Source: a bacterium
GTDB taxonomy: Bacteria; UBA10199; 2-02-FULL-50-16; JAJFLM01
Reading direction: 5' to 3'
Assembly: GCA_965216315.1 (NCBI GenBank)
Contig: CBDCFN010000015.1
Coordinates: 1 to 64,000 of the forward strand
Length of the DNA stretch: 64,000 nt
Both the position numbers and the translations under genes were made by a program. Each line of letters starts with the position of its first letter. Positions within the stretch are counted from its first letter, which is position 1. The notes beneath the pieces are model-generated. The model was given only the letters and a program-made list of their open reading frames with translations. It did no database searches and was not told where the DNA came from. Shown in pieces: positions 58,716 to 64,000 of the stretch.

Positions 58716-59657
58716 ATGTTAATAGGCACCACAACTCTATTTTCTGCGAGCTCTAGCATCGCTGTGCTTGCAGCCGGACAATCCTCTAACCAAAGCGGTT
58801 CCTTATTGGGCTCGTTATCTCGCTTTGCCTTTGACCTAGGCAGACGTGAGCTCAATGATGTAGTTCTTCCTCGCGTGCACCGAAGCGTCAATACGCTGCT
58901 CTATCGCGTCCCGGTCACAGAGCTTTCAACAGAGGCCATATTATCAAAATGGGAAGCTCTATCCGTAAATATAGGAGAAAGTTGGATCGACATCGGCAGC
59001 GGTAACGCTGATTCATTGGGTCGTCTGGCTGCTCGTCATGATGGGCAGTTTATTGGCATCGAAAAAGAAAACTCACTGCCACTTTTTTTGGAATTAAAAG
59101 ACGGGGCGCCTCATGTGGAAGCCTTACCAAACAACGTGCATTATTACGTACTCACGATGAATAAGCCAGGTCGGGAGGCCCTTAAGCATAAACGACTTGA
59201 ACAAGTCCGCGTTGAACGTATGCAGCCCGGCGATGAAGTTGCCGATGTCACGTATAGAACAACCCTAGACTTGATCGGTCGCGGTACCGCTTCGGTCGTC
59301 TCACTTATCTTTCCCTACACCGAACCGGCAAAAATGAATCCATTTGGTCGTATCTGGCGAGGGGCGGCACCCAAGCCGCTCCATTATCAACTCAGAACCG
59401 CACTTGATTTGTTGAAATCTGGTGGCACGGGCGTCGCTATTCTAGAAGCTGGTCCTACAGCGGAGCAATTACGTGTCTTAGAACGGACCTTGAATTACTT
59501 ACGTTCACAAGCCGATGTGGCCTCAGTACAATACAACGCCACCGCACTCGACGTCGAACATCTCGACATTGCTGCCTATGCCCCTCAAAAAGACGGCGAA
59601 GCCATGGACACAGAAGCGCTGACCACAGGAACGCTTGTTTTCTTCCGCCGTAAGTAG
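58716..59657 (+). CDS. Class I methyltransferase-like protein with an N-terminal extension
   Basis: WIDIGSG, FIGIE, SLIFP, LLKSGG. Confidence 0.7.
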   Translation: MLIGTTTLFSASSSIAVLAAGQSSNQSGSLLGSLSRFAFDLGRRELNDVVLPRVHRSVNTLLYRVPVTELSTEAILSKWEALSVNIGESWIDIGSGNADSLGRLAARHDGQFIGIEKENSLPLFLELKDGAPHVEALPNNVHYYVLTMNKPGREALKHKRLEQVRVERMQPGDEVADVTYRTTLDLIGRGTASVVSLIFPYTEPAKMNPFGRIWRGAAPKPLHYQLRTALDLLKSGGTGVAILEAGPTAEQLRVLERTLNYLRSQADVASVQYNATALDVEHLDIAAYAPQKDGEAMDTEALTTGTLVFFRRK

Positions 59658-59662
59658 TCGCT

Positions 59663-60103
59663 CTACTTCACCGTAATCGTAATTTTCTCTGACATCACCG
59701 CGGGATCATGCGGCACATGCACTAAATCCCCCAAGACTAACTGCAGAGTATGTTTACCCGGCGTCAATTCGATCGTGGTCTCCGTTTGTCCGCCCCCAAA
59801 GTGGACATGATTTTTGTCGTTGGGCAGCGGCGCATCTAAGGGCGGGAGTTTTTCGACGTCAATCAAGAGATGGTGGTGGCCGGTATTTTCTTTAAATAGG
59901 CCGGCCGGGGCGACCCCCATTCCTTTTAAACCAAAAACAACCGTCACCGGGCTCGTGACTGTCGCCCCATTTTGGGGCGAAATAATATAGGTCTTAGCCC
60001 CCGCCGGCGATTTTTTCCGGACAACTTTTTCAGCTTCAGCATGGACTGGAAGTGCAATCGCCACGCTCAACACAAATAACAAAAAAATAGAGAAACGTTT
60101 CAT
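59663..60103 (-). CDS. DUF4399 periplasmic His-rich protein
   Basis: TGHHHLLID, HFG.GQTE, PG.HTLQL..GD..H. Confidence 0.9.
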   Translation of the reverse strand: MKRFSIFLLFVLSVAIALPVHAEAEKVVRKKSPAGAKTYIISPQNGATVTSPVTVVFGLKGMGVAPAGLFKENTGHHHLLIDVEKLPPLDAPLPNDKNHVHFGGGQTETTIELTPGKHTLQLVLGDLVHVPHDPAVMSEKITITVK

Positions 60104-60128
60104 AGTGACCCTCTCACAAATAATATAA

Positions 60129-60416
60129 TTACTGATTATCACCTTCATCTTTGGACTCAAGACCCAAAGCCTTACGCACCCACCAGACCACGCCCGTAAT
60201 CAGATGAATCGGATTCGAGAAAAAAGCCGGTGCCTTTCCTTCAAACAGATGGCCAATGAATTGCAGGATCCAGCCAAAAGTAAACAACCCCAAGGCCCAC
60301 CGCCAATCCCAAAAAAAGAGTGGCAGTGAAATAACAATCAGCGGAATTCCGACTGAATGGAGTGCCCGGTTGATTGGATGTTGATGCTTTTCCCGATAAA
60401 CTTCGACAAAGCCCAT
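60129..60416 (-). CDS. DUF962/Mpo1-like membrane protein
   Basis: Y...H..P.NR.LH..G, QF.GH..EG..PAF. Confidence 0.88.
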   Translation of the reverse strand: MGFVEVYREKHQHPINRALHSVGIPLIVISLPLFFWDWRWALGLFTFGWILQFIGHLFEGKAPAFFSNPIHLITGVVWWVRKALGLESKDEGDNQ

Positions 60417-60461
60417 ACCGAACCGTCTATATCAGGATTTCACTAGAGTCTCAACAGAGAT

Positions 60462-61193
60462 TCAGATCAGCGACTGGCCGCCGTCAACGACGAAATAACT
60501 GCCTGTGGCGTAGTTCTGTTCGGCCAAATAAAGCACCTGTTTCACAATGTCAGCGGTAGAACCCCAACGCTTGAGCAGGGTCTTTTCAGCCACGGTTTCT
60601 TGCTCCTCCGCTTCCATGCCCAGGGGTGCCAAGATAGGCCCGGGACAGACGGCATTGACGAGAATTTCCGGCGCCAACTCTTTAGCCAGACTCTTCGTGA
60701 GCGCCAGCAATGCCGCCTTTGACGTACAATAGGCAACGTAGTTTTTCATCGGCCGCAAGCCCGTCCAATCGACCATGTTAATGATACATCCTCTTGATTT
60801 GCGTTTCATCGCCGGACTGAACTGTTGAGCTAAAAAGAAAGGCGCTTTGACGTGGACGGCAAAAAAATCATCCCAGTGTTCATCATTAGTCGTTTTATAA
60901 GGAGTGGGATAAAAACTCGATGCATTATTAATCAGGACATCCACCATCTCATAGTCGCGAATTATCTGTCGCGCCATTGCCTGAATCTCATCATGCCTCC
61001 GCAGATCCGCCTGAAAGGCCTCGGACTTGACGCCCTTGCCTTGAAGTTCCGTCACCAATTCCAAGGCCTCTTTTTCAGACTTATTGTAATGAATGAGTAC
61101 GTGGGCCCCTTTATCTGCAAAAGCATGCGCCATTTCTCGCCCAATGCGTCGCGCGGCCCCGGTAATCAGAATGGTTTTCTCTCGAAGTTCCAT
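60462..61193 (-). CDS. SDR oxidoreductase, pteridine reductase/FolM-like
   Basis: TGAARRIG, HY..S, NNASSF, Y..SK, LAPE..VN.V.PG. Confidence 0.85.
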   Translation of the reverse strand: MELREKTILITGAARRIGREMAHAFADKGAHVLIHYNKSEKEALELVTELQGKGVKSEAFQADLRRHDEIQAMARQIIRDYEMVDVLINNASSFYPTPYKTTNDEHWDDFFAVHVKAPFFLAQQFSPAMKRKSRGCIINMVDWTGLRPMKNYVAYCTSKAALLALTKSLAKELAPEILVNAVCPGPILAPLGMEAEEQETVAEKTLLKRWGSTADIVKQVLYLAEQNYATGSYFVVDGGQSLI

Positions 61194-61568
61194 TTATGCA
61201 TGCCTCACCACGGCCACTAGCCATAGGAGCCAACCGGCCAAAAAGGCCAACCCGCCGATAGGCGTCACCGCGCCAAACCCTTTGATGCCGCTTAAGACCA
61301 GGACATAGAGGCTTCCAGAGAAGAACACAATCCCAAGTGTAAAGCTCCAATAAACGAAAGGAGCCGCCAGGCTGTTTTGTTTCAACCAGAGACCGACTCC
61401 AATGAGTGCTAACGCGTGAAAAAACTGATAGGTCACCCCCGTCTGCCATGCCGTCAGCATCTCTGGGGCAACATGATTTTTGAGGCCATGTGCTCCGAAG
61501 GCGCCCAACGCTACGGATAGAAACCCATTTATAATCCCTGTGATCAGTGCGATTTTTTCCATACCCAT
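61194..61568 (-). CDS. DUF423 membrane protein
   Basis: GAFGAHGL, YQ..H, FSGSLY, TP.GG. Confidence 0.92.
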   Translation of the reverse strand: MGMEKIALITGIINGFLSVALGAFGAHGLKNHVAPEMLTAWQTGVTYQFFHALALIGVGLWLKQNSLAAPFVYWSFTLGIVFFSGSLYVLVLSGIKGFGAVTPIGGLAFLAGWLLWLVAVVRHA

Positions 61569-62009
61569 TTATCCAAAATGCAGTGACAGCCACAGTGCCA
61601 ACTGCTCTACGTCATTATAGTAATGCTCCACGATGAGCCCCACGATGAACCAAACCGGAGCATGGGCCAATTGGATCTGCCCCTGAAAATTATATTTTCC
61701 CGTGTACTGCCAGATGTGCGCTCCGGTCAGCTTGGTAAGCAAGGCTCCGGTCACATACTCAACAATATAAATCGCAATCATATAAATAAAACCGCGGGCC
61801 ACCCAGGACATATGGTCAATGGCCTGATTGACGGGATCGAACAGGAAGGCCAGCAGCCCATAAATTGGGAACATCCAGATATAGGATTCTCCATTCAGGC
61901 GCCACTTGCGCGTCTTGATCAGGCCGGCCACGGCCGTAAAAATCACCTCGCCAAAGATGCCGAGGACGCCGAAGAGGATAAAAAGCCAAATTTTGGGAGA
62001 AATCACCAT
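61569..62009 (-). CDS. Putative ABC-transporter-permease-like (DUF1113/TMEM229-type) membrane protein
   Basis: S.IWMFPIYG, EY.TG, W.Y....N..G.I. Confidence 0.75.
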   Translation of the reverse strand: MVISPKIWLFILFGVLGIFGEVIFTAVAGLIKTRKWRLNGESYIWMFPIYGLLAFLFDPVNQAIDHMSWVARGFIYMIAIYIVEYVTGALLTKLTGAHIWQYTGKYNFQGQIQLAHAPVWFIVGLIVEHYYNDVEQLALWLSLHFG

Positions 62010-62065
62010 CTTGACAACTCATAGATCCTGCTTAGCTTTTGTTCAAGGCTGAAAATGAACATTAA

Positions 62066-62560
62066 ATGGAGGATAAAATAATGGTCGTTCGTCATTTAAC
62101 GCCCTTTAGGGGTCGTCGGCATCGGGCCGTCTTGGATCCACTACGGATGCTCGATGATTTCTTTGAGGATATCGGTAACAATTCGGAACTGGCTCCGCGG
62201 ACATGGACCTCCGCGGACGCGGATTTCATTCCACACCTGGACGTCATCAACGGCGAAAAAGAGATCCAGGTCCAGGCGGAATTGCCGGGACTTACGGAAA
62301 AAGACATCGATGTCTCCATTGAAAACGATGTCCTCACGATTAAGGGCGAGAAAAAACAGGAAAAAGAGGAAAAGAGTGAGGGCTATTATCGAATGGAACG
62401 CAGCTATGGTACGTTTCACCGCGAAGTCCTTCTCCCCGCAGATACGGTAGAAACGGACCACGTTAACGCCTCGTTCAAGAACGGCGTGCTGACGGTCCGA
62501 GTTCCCAAAAAAGCGGTGAAGGAGAAGAGCACGAAGAAGATCGATATCAAAGCCGAATAA
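62066..62560 (+). CDS. Hsp20/alpha-crystallin small heat-shock protein
   Basis: P.LD, AELPG, L.I.GEK, ER.YG.F.R, A.F.NGVL...PK. Confidence 0.93.
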   Translation: MEDKIMVVRHLTPFRGRRHRAVLDPLRMLDDFFEDIGNNSELAPRTWTSADADFIPHLDVINGEKEIQVQAELPGLTEKDIDVSIENDVLTIKGEKKQEKEEKSEGYYRMERSYGTFHREVLLPADTVETDHVNASFKNGVLTVRVPKKAVKEKSTKKIDIKAE

Positions 62561-62779
62561 CGACGAGGCGTCCATCAGCTTTGGGAGGGCGGGCAAAGCC
62601 CGTCACTCCCTCGCTCCTCGTTGACCCTATTTACTAATCTCTTTAAATATGGTTAGTGACCCACATTGCCAGTGGGCGGGTCCTGCCGCATACGCAATCC
62701 TTTTGCTGCGTCTAAAAACGACGTTCAAAAGGATCGCTCGCGTCACCCGCCTAGAGTACATCAAGTGAGGAGAAACAAC

Positions 62780-63496
62780 ATGCAGCCTATGCAACAACCC
62801 CAATATAATTTGCCGCAAACCGAAACCGCGGCCACCGCCGCCATCTCAGCCTTCTTCAGCAGGGTCTATACCTGGATGGCCTTGGGGCTGGCCCTTACCG
62901 GTGCCATCGCGGCCTACGTCTCCTCGCGTCCCGATCTAGTCGCGCTCTTGCTCGGCAAGCAATTGAATTTCTTTCTCTTGATCGGCGCCACCCTCGGTCT
63001 CGTGATGGCCATCTCCTGGGGGATCAATAAGATCAGTGCGCCGGTCGCGACCGGACTCTTTCTGCTCTATGCGGCGCTCAATGGCATTTTATTTTCATCA
63101 ATCTTTCTCGTCTACACCGGCGAGTCGATCGCCAAGGTCTTCTTTATCACCGGCGGCACCTTCGGCGTGATGAGCATTTATGGTTTTATCACGAAGACCG
63201 ACCTCACCCGCGTCGGGCAAATCGCCTTTATGGGCTTGATCGGCGTCATCATCGCCTCGATCGCCAACTGGTTTTTCAAGAGCTCGACCTTGAGCTATAT
63301 TATTTCCTACGTCGGTGTTGCCGTGTTCGTTGCCCTGACGGCCTATGATACGCAAAAACTCAAACACATTGCTCTCCAGGTTCGGGAGGGAAGTGAAGGC
63401 TTTGCGAAGGCGTCCATCATCGGCGCCTTGACGCTCTACCTTGATTTCATCAATTTGTTTCTGCTGCTGCTACGCCTCTTCGGGAGGCGGCGCTAG
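62780..63496 (+). CDS. Bax inhibitor-1/YccA family protein
   Basis: VY.WM..GL..T, TAYDTQK, GAL.LYLDFINLF; GAGGAG RBS before ATG 62780. Confidence 0.92.
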   Translation: MQPMQQPQYNLPQTETAATAAISAFFSRVYTWMALGLALTGAIAAYVSSRPDLVALLLGKQLNFFLLIGATLGLVMAISWGINKISAPVATGLFLLYAALNGILFSSIFLVYTGESIAKVFFITGGTFGVMSIYGFITKTDLTRVGQIAFMGLIGVIIASIANWFFKSSTLSYIISYVGVAVFVALTAYDTQKLKHIALQVREGSEGFAKASIIGALTLYLDFINLFLLLLRLFGRRR

Positions 63497-64000
63497 CTCG
63501 GCTACGATGTGTGCCGCTTGTTGATAGGCGCGGGTGGCGGAGACTGAATCCTGGAACGGACGTCGATAGATGTGAATGACATGATGGGGCTCCATCGGCA
63601 CCAGGGCGTGGACCGGAGTAAATCCTAAGGCTCGCAAGACAAAATCTTCCAATGCGCCACCGGAATAAGGAAAATCCGAAACGGCAATCAAGCCGCCCCG
63701 CCTGACCGTACGGGCCAATTGCAAGGTCCCCAGTACCGTCAATGGACCCGGTTCGGGGGCCAGGTAACGCAGGGCATAGAGGGCAAGTGAAAAATCGGCC
63801 CAGCCGGCGGATCCCTGGTAAAATAAAAGGTCTCCAGCTTCCGCGGTCAAGCGCCGCGCCATTTCAACGGGATAGTTCAGTTGCAATAAGGGAATAAAAC
63901 CGGTGTCATCCGGCGAATGCCTCTTGAAGTGAACCCCACCACGCTTGATCTCTTTCATGGCCCAATCGACATCAACATGATTGAAGTAGGTTAATAGCTT
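63470..64000 (-). CDS. Partial gene, C-terminus resembles a class I methyltransferase
   Basis: Frame stays open to the window edge; D.SLA..AL.YL...LAR.VRRGG.I..SD. Confidence 0.5.
   Translation of the reverse strand, partial: KLLTYFNHVDVDWAMKEIKRGGVHFKRHSPDDTGFIPLLQLNYPVEMARRLTAEAGDLLFYQGSAGWADFSLALYALRYLAPEPGPLTVLGTLQLARTVRRGGLIAVSDFPYSGGALEDFVLRALGFTPVHALVPMEPHHVIHIYRRPFQDSVSATRAYQQAAHIVAELAPPPEEA

Overview
A 64 kb bacterial chromosome segment, most likely from a deltaproteobacteria-like lineage (inferred from sigma54 signalling, an STK-AAA-TPR kinase and futalosine-pathway mqnE). It carries the end of a Cus-type heavy-metal RND operon, four tRNAs (Arg-TCT, His-GTG, Pro-TGG, Ser-CGA), a c-di-GMP-I riboswitch, an STK plus sigma54-activator pair with three candidate sigma54 promoters, and a type IV (AbiE-like) toxin-antitoxin pair with an operator palindrome. 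A block after tRNA-Pro encodes two ATP-grasp ligases, a MATCAP/DUF1704-like peptidase and MscS/MgtE. There is also an ABC exporter fused to a degenerate GGDEF domain, housekeeping genes (xth, tadA, grxD, bolA, bcp, tatD, panE, hsp20) and several REP-like repeat families. The most striking hidden signal is a conserved bipartite motif, (C/A)AAC-N16-CGA(T/G/A), upstream of eight dispersed orphan or orphan-fusion genes. In five of them the ATG lies only 8-10 nt after the CGA box, implying leaderless mRNA. Most of these proteins begin with a nearly uncharged Ser/Thr/Ala/Leu-rich N-terminal extension fused to diverse domains (methyltransferases, PAS-kinase-REC, REC, FHA). This suggests an undescribed alternative-sigma regulon of N-terminally tagged, possibly exported, effector-like proteins. 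All calls are from reading the sequence; no database searches were run.
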